Shown: in pieces, positions 39,501 through 52,080 of the stretch | Layout of the letters: each line of letters starts with the position of its first letter | Numbering within the stretch: position 1 is the stretch's first letter | DNA from: Ylistrum balloti | Lineage: Eukaryota | DNA length: 64,000 bases | Assembly: GCF_031769215.1 (NCBI RefSeq) | Contig: NW_026782015.1 | Location: 1,116,001 to 1,180,000, forward strand | Direction: 5' to 3' | Program-made: the position numbers and the translations under genes | Notes under the pieces: generated by a model | Told to the model about the DNA's origin: nothing | Seen by the model: the letters and a program-made list of their open reading frames with translations, nothing else | The model's database searches: none

Positions 39501-42500
39501 GCCCCATATAAAAGTTCACCAAGTCACCTGATGATCAGCTCAAGTCTAAATGACTTGGTTGTTGTCAGATTGATTTAGTTCTCTACAGACTGACTCGGTT
39601 CCTATCGGACTAACTTTTTACTCACAAAGCTGACTTGTCTAAAGTCCGACTTTATTTTTATAAGCCTCTCACTTGATTTCCGTAAGGTTAACATAGCTGC
39701 TATTAGAATGAGTTGCTACCCATAATTTGAAGTATCACAATGTTTTGCTCACATACTTATTAAGACTGATGTGATTCCTTAAGTGGTACAGACATCAAGG
39801 AAAGCCAGAACATTGCCAGTCTGCACAAACAGATTGCTTCCTGTGACACTATTTTAGAGGTGAGTTGACTACAGTTACAGAGGGTGATGTCATTTACAGG
39901 TCAATAAAAACATGAAATACAGGTAGATCAGATAGAATAGATTAAAAAGATTTACAGCTAAAGTGAAACTTATAGCAAACTGACATTGTGTACAACAAAA
40001 TTAAGATAAGGTTTTGTCGTGATTAGATACAAAAATTCTTCAGTTGTTCAGAATGTGTTCTGTATAAATTGTTCACTATATTAACACAAACATGAAGCAT
40101 GAGGGTAAGGGTATACTCCTTAGTAAGTGTATCTTCTGTGTTAATTGACAAATAAACAACGGTTTGCATTGGTAACCAGTTTAGAGACTTGAGGAACATA
40201 TTAAAATATTGAACATAAACTACACAGTATACATCAGAAATACTTTTGGTTTTGAATGATTTTATGTTCTATGGTATGGAGTTGTGTGACAGACAGAGGT
40301 TCACTAACCTTGCTAGGATGTACTATGATGTAGAGGTGTATGACAGGCAGATGTTCACTAACCTTGCTAGGATGTACTATGATGTAGAGGTGTATGACAG
40401 GCAGATGTTCACTAACCTTGCTAGGATGTACTATGATGTAGAGGTGTATGACAGACAGATGTTCACTAACCTTGCTAGGATGTACTTATGTAGAATGACA
40501 AAATATTATTTATGAGGATGTATGACAGGCAGATGTTTTTGGGAAACCCTCCTGAATGTACCTCATGCAATGTTTAGTTATTGATGTAGAGGTGTTCACT
40601 GTTCACTAACCTTGCTAGGATGTACTATGATGTAGAGGTGTATGACAGACAGAGGTTCACTAACCATGCTAGGATGTACTATGATGTAGAGGTGTATGAC
40701 AGACAGAGGTTCACTAACCATGCTAGGATGTACTATGATGTAGAGGTGTATGACAGGCAGATGTTCACTAACCTTGCTAGGATGTACTATGATGTAGAGG
40801 TGTATGACAGACAGAGGTTCACTAACCATATTAGGATGTACTATGATGTAGAGGTGTATGACAGGCAGATGTTCACTAACATTGATAGGATGTACTATGA
40901 TGTAGAGGTGTATGACAGACAGAGGTTCACTAACCTTGCTAGGATGTACTATGATGTAGAGGTGTTGACAAAACAGAGGTTCACTAAATGCTATTTATTT
41001 AGAATGTAGGTTCCTTTTTCTAGTGTAGAGGTGTATGACAACAGAGGTTCACTAATTTGCTAGGATGTACTATGATGTAGAGGTGCTTTAGAAGTATCAG
41101 TAATTTTGTGATAGTTTTAGAACTTTTATAACATGTGCCCCATTTGTGGTCTTTTTATGTGAGTCCAGGTGATATTGGGAAGGTTTTGACTTATAATTCT
41201 TTTTTGTGATGGCAGAGAATGGAACAGATGCTGAATGGCTTCCAGGGATGGAGGTAGCAGCATGACAGCAGAGTTCACTAACCTTGCTAGGATGTCTATG
41301 ATGTAGACAATGACAGTCAGATGTTCAAACTTAAACACCACACATGTACTATGATGTAGAGGTAATGACAGGTCACAGGGTCACTAACCTTGATAGGATG
41401 TACATGATGTAGAGGTGTATGTACAGATGTTCACTCACAGGATGGGTACAGATAATACAGGTCACAGGGTGGGTAGATAATACAGGTCACACCATGGGTA
41501 CAGATGTTCACAGACCTTGCTAGGGTGTACTATGATAATACCGGTCACAGGGTGGGTACAGATAATACAGGTCACAGGGTGGGTACAGATAATACAGGTC
41601 ACAGGGTGGGTACAGATAATACAGGTCACAGGGTGGGTAAAGATAATACAGGTCACAGGGTGGGTACAGATAATACAGGTCACAGGGTGGGTACAGATAA
41701 CACAGGTCACAGGGTGGGTACAGATAATACAGGTCACAGGGTGAGTAGTGATAATAGAGGTCACAGGGTGGGTACAGATAATACAGGTCACAGGGTGGGT
41801 ACAGATAATACAGGTCACAGGGTGGGTACAGATAATACAGGTCACAGGGTGGGTACAGATAATACAGGTCACAGGGTGGGTAAAGATAATACAGGTGACA
41901 GGGTGGGTACAGATAATACAGGTCACAGGGTGGGTAAAGATAATACATGTCACAGGGTGGTTACAGATAATACAGATGACAGGGTGGGTACAGATAATAC
42001 AGGTGACAGGGTGGGTACAGATAATACAGGTCACAGGGTGGGTACAGATAATAAAGGTCACAGGGTGGGTACAGATAATACAGGTCACAGGGTGGGTAAA
42101 GATAATACAGGTGACAGGGTGGGTACAGATAATACAGGTCACAGGGTGGGTAAAGATAATACAGGTGACAGGGTGGGTATAGATAATACAGGTCACAGGG
42201 TGGGTACAGATAATACAGGTCACACCATGGGTACAGATAATACAGGTCACAGGGTGGGTACAGATAATACAGGTCACAGGGTGGGTACAGATAATACAGG
42301 TCACAGGGTGAGTAGTGATAATAGAGGTCACAAGGTGGGTACAGATAATACAGGTCACAGGGTGGGTACAGATAATACAGGTCACAGGGTGGGTGCAGAT
42401 AATACAGGTCACAGGGTGGGTGCAGATAATACAGGTCACAGGGTGGATAAAGATAAAACAGGTCACAGGGTGGGTACAGATAATACAGGTCACAGGGTGG

Positions 42501-45500
42501 GTAAAGATAATACAGGTCACCGGATGGGCACAGATAATACAGGTCACTAGGTGGGTAGGATAATTCAGGTCACAGGGTGGGTACAGACAGGTAAACATCA
42601 CACATATAATAGTATCACATACATAGATAATACAGGTCACAGGGTGGGTACAGATAATACATGTCACAGAGTGGGTACAGATAATACAGGTCACAGGGTA
42701 AGTACAGATAATACAGGTCACAGGGGAAGTACAGATAATACAGGTCACAGGGTGGGTACAGATAATACAGGTCACAATGTGGGTACAGGTAATACAGGTC
42801 ACAGGGTGAGTACAGATAATACAGGTCACAGGGTGAGTACAGATAATACAGATCACAGGGTGAGTACAGATAATACAGATCACAGGGTGAGTACAGATAA
42901 TACAGGTCACAGGGTGGGTACAGATAATACAGGTCACAGGGTGGGTACAGATAATACAGATCACAGGGTGAGTACAGATAATACAGATCACATGGTGAGT
43001 ACAGATAATACAGGTCACAGGGTGGGTACAGATAATACAGGTCACAGGGTGGGTACAGATAATACAGGTCACAGGGTGGGTACAGATAATACAGATCACA
43101 GGGTGAGTACAGATAATACAGATCACAGGGTGAGTAATACAGATCACATACACAAATAATACAGGTCACAGGGTGGGTACAGATAATACAGGTCACAGGG
43201 TGGGTACAGATAATACAGGTCACAGGGTGGGTACAGATAATACAGGTCACAGGGTGGGTACAGATAATACAGGTCACAGGGTGGGTACAGATAATACAGG
43301 TCACAGGGTGGGTACAGATAATACAGGTCACAGGGTGGGTAGAGACAGGTAAACACCACACATACAATTGTACCATAGAGATCTATGACAGATCAGTGGC
43401 CAGTTCAGAGTTGTGTGGTTCCATGCAATCAAATAATCTTAACTTATTATATTACAGGCTGTGAGAGGAGAGCTGAGTCAGTTTGTTGATGAGATGGTTA
43501 TACCAGAGACAATGATCAAGTAAGTTACATTATAATACAGCATGGAATTTTTCCAAACCAACCATGCATGGGACATGAATATTGGTCAGTTAAGGGAGGG
43601 TTCGGTTTGCAGAAGTGAACCAAGTTGATCTGTCCGGACTTGGAGAGGATTAAACCAGTTTCATTCTGTACATTACATTCTGTTTGCTTTTGGCCTTCAC
43701 ATTGCACATGTCCAACTGAATGCAGCTATAAAAATGCTATTTAGGGTAAAAAGTGTTTCATGTAATATTATATTAACTGGATGTGATATTATATTAACTA
43801 AGTGTAATATTATATTAACTGGATGTGATATCATATTAACTAAGTGTAATATTACATTGACGAGGTGTGGTATATTTACTAGGCTTGATATGTTATTGAC
43901 TGGTTGTGATATTTTCCAGTCACATCCTCGACACACCAGTAACAGAGAGAGAATTCCTTGAACATCTCCATGAGTTAAACCACAAAATTAACTTTGTCAA
44001 GGAGCAGTCTTTCCGAGATGCCAAGTCTTGTTACGATGTCCGTGATATTCTAGAAAAATTGAAAATAAAGGTAAATTATGATTATATTGTATTGTAGTAA
44101 AACATTTTATTGTTTCTAGTGTATTATAGTGAAGAATCATATTGTTTCTAGAATATTGGATTTTTTTTATTCCATTGTAAGAAATACAATAATACAGACT
44201 AATTACAGAATGTTTACTAATTACAGGGTGTATAATACAAATGATAGACTTTTTACAAATTACAACCTTATTACAAAAAATTCTACTATTTACAGAATAG
44301 TTACAGACACTGATAAAAATTACAGACTGTTTGCTATTTACAACCTAATTACAGACTCTCTACTAATTACTGTTGTTCTCTTTACAGGCTATAGCCAAAA
44401 TCAGAGAATTCCTAATGCAGAAGATATACTCCTTCCGCAAGCCTATGAGCAACTATACAATACCACAAAATGCAATGCTGAAATTTAGGTAGGATTTCAT
44501 TTAGAAAGACTTGTAATGCTTATATTTTTAAGCCAATCTGTGTTATTGCAGAAAACAATGAAGGGTGGTCATGGTTAAGCTTATACTAGTATGCCTGTTG
44601 AAGACTTAGATAATTTCTGCCATGGTGTGTGTATATATACAAGAAAGTTAAAAAAAAAAATTAAAAGAAAATACATGTATTTCATTTTATGAAAGGTAGT
44701 AGGTGAAATCTCTTGTTTTTGTCCTAAACCTCTACTGGGTAAATTTCAACAGTTTTCTCTGTTACTGGCATTAACAGAATTTGTATTTTTTCATTTGAAG
44801 AATAGCTGATGTTAAATGTTTTCAGCATTATTCATATAAGTCTCATTATTTTTAAAATCTTCCTTCACAAGGAATAGTTAATTTTTATTTGAACATGTTC
44901 AAAGAAATTTGAAACATCAAATCTATGGTTAAGTGTATTCACAGTGAGTGTATAATACTTCACAGGTTTTTCAATGAATTCTTGATGGCCAATGAAAGAC
45001 ATGTTGCTAAGGAAGTTAGAGACGAATACATTGATACCATGGGGAAGATGTACTACTCTTATTTTAAGGGTTACCTGAGCAGACTGATGAAATTACAGGT
45101 AATAACTAAAGGTAGAAACAGGTTGATACAAATGTGAGTGAAGAAAAATGTTAAAGATATAGATAAGACATGAAGAATATGTGAAGGGAGTTACACCTAA
45201 AAAATTCAGAGAAGATGTGGGAACAAAGTGTGGGGAAATAAAGTAAAACATTGAAGGAAGGTATTGGGAGACACATGTAAAGTTTTGAGTGAAGGTAGGG
45301 AGATATGGGTAAAGAACTGAGGGGAGATGTGGGGAAAAGGGTGGGGAAATACAGGTATGCATTTAAAGAAAGTGTTGGAAGATAATGCAAAGTTTTGAGG
45401 GAAGGTGTGGGAGATATGGGTAAAGAACTGAGGGATGGTGTGGGGAGATACAGATAAAGAATTGAGGGGAGTTGTGGGAAGATACAAGTAAAGTATTGAA

Positions 45501-48500
45501 GGAATGGTTGGAGAAATAAAGATTAGGTACTAAGGACAAGTGTGGAGAGATACAAACAATGAAGAAAATCACTATTTTGATAATAATAGATTTTAATTAT
45601 TAGGGATAAAATGCATATTTATCCAAAGGCTTCACTTTCAAATTGGCCTAGGTAACTAGACAACTTTTTATTTGCAGTTCGAAGAAGTAGCAGAGCGAGA
45701 GGACTTGATGGGGGTAGAAGACACTGCCAGAAGAAATATTCTTTTTTGGATACAGCGCTACTATCTCCATTGAGATTTCTTTTTTTGTATTTTTTTCATC
45801 CCATCAAAACTAAGGCTTGCTGTATGTTTGACATAAATTGGTCAGTTGCTTTTATGATTAAAAACTTACAGTTTTGCAGTATAAATGTAAGTACACATGG
45901 AGAAAGGAATAGAGTAAAAATGCAGTAGTAACTCACAATCAAAATTTGGTAGGATTACAAATCAGGGGAGATAACTTGTAGTGGCATATTCTTGTGTTGA
46001 CACTATTTGCTCAGTTTTTTCAGCTTTATATCACAAGGTCAATCACTATTGTAAATATTATTAAGAAGAAAAATTGACATGCAATATTTTGTTTATATTT
46101 CTCCCTAACTTTTCTGAAGCTTCTTCTCCACGAAACCAACATTAAAAAATAGGTCAACAGTGTTTACTCTCGGTAACCGTGGTAATATCCTTGGATCAGA
46201 TCTGGAGGGTCCCATCATCGTCCCTCATGCAGCTCAAAAGTCTGACACCAAGGTATGGTTTTAGCCTCTAAAACAGCATTTATTATAATTACAAAATATG
46301 TTTGGCCCAAATTTAATGAAAAACAGAGAATGACTTGTTCACTGTAATAATAATGACACAATTACTTTTTGCAATATCAGTAACTTTACATTGACAAATG
46401 ATGTGATTCCAGCAGAATGACCTGCACTACAACTTTGAGTGTCTGATTATATTGCAGTACAACTTTGTTTGTCTGATTATATCGCAGTACAACTTTGTTT
46501 GTCTGATTATATCGCAGTACAACTTTGTGTGTCTGATTATATTGCAGTATAACTTTGTGTGTCTGATTATATTGCAGTACAACTTTGTGTGTCTGATTAT
46601 ATAGTAGTACAACTTTGAGTGTCTGATTATATTGCAGTACAACTTTGTGTGTCTAATTATATTGCAGTACAACTTTGTGTGTCTGATTATATTGCAGTAT
46701 AACTTTGTGTGTCTAATTATATTGCAGTACAACTTTGTGTGTCTGATTATATAGTAGTACAACTTTGTGTGTCTAATTATATTGCAGTACAACTTTGTGT
46801 GTCTGATTATATTGCAGTACAACTTTGAGTGTCTGTTCCGTAGTATCCACTTCGCCCTGATGGACAACTGTTGTCGAGAATACCTGTTCCTTGTTGATTT
46901 CTACATGGCATCTGGTTCCGCCTCTATAGACCTATTTAATGCTATCATTGGCAAAACCCTCACACTCTACCTGGTAAGTTCCCTGCCTGGTAACCAAGTC
47001 TCACACTCTACCTGGTAAGTTCCCTGCCTGGTAACCAAATTTCACACTCTATCTGGTCAGTTCCCTGCCTGGTAACCAAAATCTCACACTCTACCTGGTA
47101 AGGTCCCTGTCTGGTAACCAAAATCTCACACTCTACCTGGTAAGTTCCCTGTCTGGTAACCAAAATCCCCTGTGAAATGCATTTGCAAGGGATATTAAGT
47201 TCGGCTCTGTATGTCCGTCCATTTGTGGGCTTTTCCAGGCTATAACTCCAAAACCATTCAACTCGACTTCACAAAGCTTGCTGAATATATTATTTGCCCT
47301 ACTTGTGCCTTTTGCTATTGACAGCATTCTATTTGTTGTATTTTTTGTGTTACCATGGAAACATAGACAAAAAACACTAAATTTCTGGTTACTTTCCATG
47401 TTACAACTTCTAAACCATTCCACTCCACAAAACTTTCTGTATATATTATTATTATTTTGCACTAGCGATTTTACAAATTGTTATATATAAATATCATTTT
47501 TGGTTTTACACCAACAGCTCCTTGTCTGATTTGAGTACCCGTAATGGAGTTGGGAGATCAATAGTTTGCTCATATGACTTCTGTGTAAGATTTTGATGGT
47601 TTTATCTTTACACAGAAACAAATGGAGGAGTACATCAATGACTGCTATGATTCTATCGCCATTTTTCTCTCCATTCACATCGTATATCGCTTCCATTCCA
47701 TCATGCAGAAGAGATCAGTGCCAGCTCTAGACAGGTATATGTAAATGAATTGACTGTTCTGTAGTTTCACAATCAAGTCTTAGTCTGTAATCACCTGCTG
47801 TACAATATCACAATAAAAATACAACAAAGTTTGGAAATTATGATGATTTTTGAAGTGTTTTTGTATGACTTTTGAAATGTTTTAGGTACTGGGACGCACT
47901 ACAACAAATGATGTGGCCAAGATTTGAATACATCCTCGACCTTAACATACAGAGTGTCCGTGACTGTGACCCACAGAAGTTTGGCCACATTGACAACCGG
48001 CCACATTATGTAAGTTACATCAGACAACAAAACAAGCTTCATATGTTTGATGTCTGTTAACAAGGGATCAAACATATTACATAAAACAAATATTTATTTC
48101 CATCAGTTTTTTTTAATTCATGTTGATCAGTTGTATTCCTGAGAAAAATAAAAGTTGTGGAGTTTGCAGCTGCAGGTCTAAAGTTTGTAGAACTGTATTT
48201 TTATTCATCATTTTTATTTCAATAGATTACACGACGTTATGCTGAGTTCTCAGCAGCTATTGTGGGAATCAACCAATCATTTCCCAACGAGAGAGTCCAG
48301 CGCATCCTGGAGCAGCTGCAGACAGAAGTGGAAAATTTCATTCTAAAGATGGCTGCTGAGTTTCCACACCGCAAAGAACAGCTGATCTTCCTAATCAACA
48401 ACTATGACATGATGTTGGGGGTCATTATGGTAGGTCATAGTTATCAGAGCAATGACACAATGTTGGAGGCTATACCAGACCAACGTATCACAGGTGTGAC

Positions 48501-50217
48501 ACAGTGACAGGGGATATAATAGGTCAACTTTGACACAGTGTTAGGGGCTATACCACATCAACGTATCATAGATGTGACACAGTGACAGGGGATATAATAG
48601 GTCAGGGTATTGCTGCTGTATCACAGCTGTGACACCATGTTTGAGCTACTTTAGGTCAAGGTATCAAGACAGTGACATAGTGTAAGAGGCTATAACAGGT
48701 CAACAAATCACAGATATGACACAGTGCTAGGAAACATTTTGGTCAAAGTCGTTACAGCAGTAACATAATGTCATGGGGTCAGTAGATTTAAAAAGTCACA
48801 TATTTTTCATTGATCACACAGTATTTTCTTGTTTTGTATGAAATTCAAACTGAGGGATATTCACACATCCATGGACACATTCTGACATGACATCATGTTA
48901 ATGGTTATGTACACATTGTAACTAAAGTTTGTCTTTTTTTAAGGAGAGAACGACAGAAGATTCCAAAGAATCTGAAAGTTTTAAGGAATTGCTAACTGCA
49001 CGCACAACAGAGTTCATTGAGGAGGTTCTTTCCCCTCACTTCGGGGGTCTCATTAGCTTTGTAAAGGACTGTGAGGTGATGTTGGAACGTGGTCACACTG
49101 ATAGTCTCAAACACGAGGAGAGTAAGTAGTGAATTTCATGTTATAAAAGTACTAGGCAAGTGTAAAGGAAAGGTGACTTAATTCAGGATTTCCATTGGTA
49201 ACTCTTGACCACAATTCAATTTTGTTGCATTCATAGATGATACAAGTCTTGTTTACAGAACTCCATGTCATAAAAATAAGTTAGTGAAATCCTGGTGCTA
49301 TGGGTGCCAAGGGTCATGCTAATTTATTGCTGTCACTACATGGCGCAGCAATCTTATTAATGGATGCATTCATGTGTTGTCAGGCCAATACTGGTATGTT
49401 TGTATCTGTGATATGTATGTCACAGGGTTGGTAATGATGTGTTTGTAGTTGTGATATGTATGTTATAGGGTTGGTAATGATGTGTTTGTAGTTGTGATAC
49501 CTATGTTACAGGACGGGTACAGCAGATAGTGAGAGGCTTCAACAATGACTGGAAACGGGCCCTAGAAGTGATCAATGGTGATGTAATGAGAGCATTTACA
49601 AACTTCAAAAATGGAACACAGATACTACAGGTGAATGATAATTGATGTAATTCATATATCAGTTATAGTAATACATCTTTTATTGGAGTTACAAAGTCTT
49701 TTGTAGTCTATATATCACATATAGCTATATCTAGGTTACAAAGCCTCTTGTTGTCCATATATTAAGTACAGCAATATCTAGGTTACAAAGACTCTTGTTG
49801 TCCACATATCAAGTACAGAAATATCAGGGTTACAAAGCCTCTTGTTGATCAAGTACAGAAATATCTGGGTTACAAAGATTCTTTTTTAGGATGACTTCTG
49901 TTGTAATTTTCTATTATTATAGAGGATTATAGATGGGTTGCTGAACTGAATCAATGTGGCTTATGCTGACAAGTCTCACTGTCACATGGCAAATTGTACG
50001 CCATTGTGTGCATTGTATGACGATTGTCTACAGAGCCAGGAATAATGATAACATAATCTTGTTGTTGTAGGGAGCCCTGACCCAGCTGATTCAGTATTAC
50101 CATCGCTTCCAGAAAGTTCTCTCACAAGGACCCTTCCGTAATATGGCCATCAGGAACGAGCTCATCAACATTCACCATGTCATGGTGGAAGTAAAGAAAT
50201 ATAAACCAACATTTTAG
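36547..50217 (+). CDS. VPS52: Vacuolar protein sorting 52 (GARP/EARP subunit), ~700 aa, 19 exons: 36547-36576, 37579-37657, 38370-38422, 39104-39179, 39792-39859, 41216-~41340 (corrupted), 43458-43519, 43920-44070, 44388-44488, 44966-45098, 45678-45735, 46119-46252, 46818-46973, 47616-47734, 47886-48009, 48226-48429, 48944-49121, 49512-49630, 50071-50217
   Basis: Exon translations match VPS52 throughout: LGELDLTSEDF, VHIQQNLEDDIVKEAL, GVDLRQYSKQVE, IREFLMQKIYSFRKPM, FEEVAEREDLMGVEDTA, YWDALQQMMWPRFE, ITRRYAEFSAAIV, FLINNYDMMLGV, GALTQLIQYYHRF, ELINIHHVMVEVKKYKPTF*. Confidence 0.96.
37243..37310 (+). mobile_element. Degenerate tRNA-like SINE head
   Basis: A-box-like TGGAGCATGTTGGTAG and B-box-like GGTTTGATTAC; no full cloverleaf. 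Confidence 0.3.
40270..41430. repeat. 54-bp minisatellite around VPS52 exon 6
   Basis: GATGTAGAGGTGTATGACAGGCAGATGTTCACTAACCTTGCTAGGATGTACTAT units. Confidence 0.95.
41430..43350. repeat. 27-bp G-rich minisatellite, ~1.9 kb
   Basis: ACAGGTCACAGGGTGGGTACAGATAAT about 70 copies. Confidence 0.98.
43740..43915. repeat. 21/42-bp tandem repeat abutting the VPS52 exon-8 acceptor
   Basis: TGT(A/G)ATATTATATTAACT units. Confidence 0.8.
45130..45560. repeat. Purine-rich degenerate tandem repeat
   Basis: GTGTGGGGAGATACAGGTAAAGAATTGAG-like units. Confidence 0.7.
46425..47163. repeat. 30-bp acceptor-derived array (46425-46830) and 41-42-bp donor-derived array (46958-47163) bracketing VPS52 exon 13
   Basis: Units contain the exact junction sequences ATTGCAG|TACAACTTTG and CTCTACCTG|GTAAGTTCC. 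Confidence 0.95.
49720..49880. repeat. ~47-bp tandem repeat
   Basis: TTACAAAGCCTCTTGTTGTCC..AAGTACAG..ATATCTAGG about 4 copies. Confidence 0.8.
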
Positions 50218-50451
50218 ATCCTTCTTGTTAACGAGTTATCACAATGTAACATTGAGATTCAGAATCCTTGTTAGAATACAACGTACCTGTGATTTGAATT
50301 TGGGACATTCTCACTGATTTAGTGTTGTAATTAATAAGAACTTCTGATAGACTTCAAACTCACATACAAAAACTATGATTTAATTCTGACATCATTTAGA
50401 TTGAGGGTTGGTTGTTTTGTCAGGATCATGTACAAACATTTTATAAAGTGG

Positions 50452-50457
50452 AATAAA
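50452..50457 (+). terminator. Likely polyadenylation signal of VPS52
   Basis: AATAAA ~235 nt after the stop. Confidence 0.45.
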
Positions 50458-50709
50458 ACTTTTTGTACATATTTATGTATCTATATAAAACATAAATTAT
50501 AAATGTTTAAACAGATCGTTGTAAAATATGTTTGAGCAGTTCTTTGTAAAGACATGTAATTATGTACCTCTGAGACTGTTGTCTGTGACTTTGTAGATTA
50601 ATGGATTTTTTCTGTGTATATTTATTTTAACAATTTGCCTGTCACAGCTGTGTACCAGAAATATTTAGGTGGAACATTCCATATCATTATGTCCCCACAG
50701 AACTATCGA

Positions 50710-50885
50710 TGAGGATATGAAAGAAGGAGAGAGAAAGAGGAGGAAGAGAGAGGGGAAAAGAAGAGAAAGTGAGGGTGATGAGAGAGAGATGGGAGGGGGA
50801 CAGAGAGAGGGAGAGAGAGGGGAGAGGAAGAGAAAGCAAGGGTGATGAGAGAGATATGGGAGGAGGACAGAGAGAGGGAGAGAGC
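50710..50885. repeat. GA-rich low-complexity tract
   Basis: GAGAGA/GGAGG runs, partly duplicated. Confidence 0.85.
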
Positions 50886-51179
50886 ATATGAAATTATCAC
50901 AGAAAAGATAATAAAATATTACAATCATGGATAGTATTTTGTTGTTTTTAAATTTATGAATATTCATGCTCGTTTAACCTTGGTAAGTGTAGTATATCAT
51001 ATTTAGTACACAAAATTACCAAAACATATTGAAATCAGTTACAGATACATATACATGTATATGTATAGAAATCAATTACCAGATGTTGCGTATATTATCA
51101 AGAATAAAGAGATTTTGGTAAATGTCAAACTCAATCTAAGTGGACAGAACTTGAACATCAAAGTACACTAAATCTGCAC

Positions 51180-52080
51180 TACAGATGGTACAATTCTTCA
51201 AGGTGGAAGGTCATAGTTCACTCACTTCCTACTTCTTGCAGGGGGATTTTAAGATGAAGGTACTAAAACAATCACTTCCTACTTATTACAACAGGAGTTT
51301 AAACAGAAGGTCATTGGACAGTCGCTACCTACTTCTGACGAGAGGAGTTTAAGGTGTAAAGAAGTCCTTTCACTTCCTACTATAGGTGGTTAAAGCAAAA
51401 TTCACACAAGGAGCATAAGATGAAGCTCCTAGTATACTCACTTCCTAGTTCTGACTAAAAGAGTTAAGGTGAAGATTGAAGTATACAAACTGCCTTCTTC
51501 TTACTAAGGAGTTTAAGGTGAAGGTCAAGGTATACTCACCTACCTCTGACTAAAGGAGGTAAAGGTTAAAGCCAGTAGACTCTCTTTCTACATGTTTCTA
51601 GAGGAGGTGAAGATCGAAGTACACTCATCCCTTGAACACTTTCTACTTGTCACTAGAGAAGGTGAAGGTCATAGTACACTCATCTCCTACCTCTGATTAC
51701 AGGCGGTAGAGGTGAACATCTGAACACTTTCTACTTGTCACTAGAGAAGGTGAAGGTCATAGTACACTCATCTCCTACCTCTGATTACAGGCGGTAGAGG
51801 TGAACATCTGAACACTTTCTACATGTCACTAGAGGAGGTGAAGGTCATAGTACACTCACCTTTCACTTCTTTCTAAAGGAAGTGAAGGTCATACTGCCAT
51901 CACTTCCTACTTCTGACAAGAGGTTAAGGTGAAGTTTGTAGTGAACCTGCCACCTTCTGACTAAAGAGGTCCTGGTTAAAGTTATAATACACTCACTAAC
52001 TACTTCTTAGAAGGAATGGTATAAGGTACACACTTTTCCTACTACTGACAAAAAGAGTTTAAGGTGAAGGTACTTTCACT
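51180..52080. repeat. ~50-bp degenerate minisatellite
   Basis: GAAGGTCATAGTACACTCACTTCCTACTTCTGAC..AAGGT units, with near-perfect ~77-bp local duplications. Confidence 0.85.

Noticed and set aside
39520-39640. C/D-box-like TGATGA...CTGA in the VPS52 U12 intron
   Set aside because: Box and stem geometry is wrong, and the region looks like an inverted-repeat-rich TE remnant.
41462-43376. Long ORFs (563, 348, 253 aa etc.) on both strands
   Set aside because: Translations of the 27-bp satellite (9-aa period), inside an intron; no sign of a real gene.
46427-46867. 146-aa minus-strand IIRHTKLYCN repeat ORF
   Set aside because: Antisense translation of the 30-bp acceptor array.
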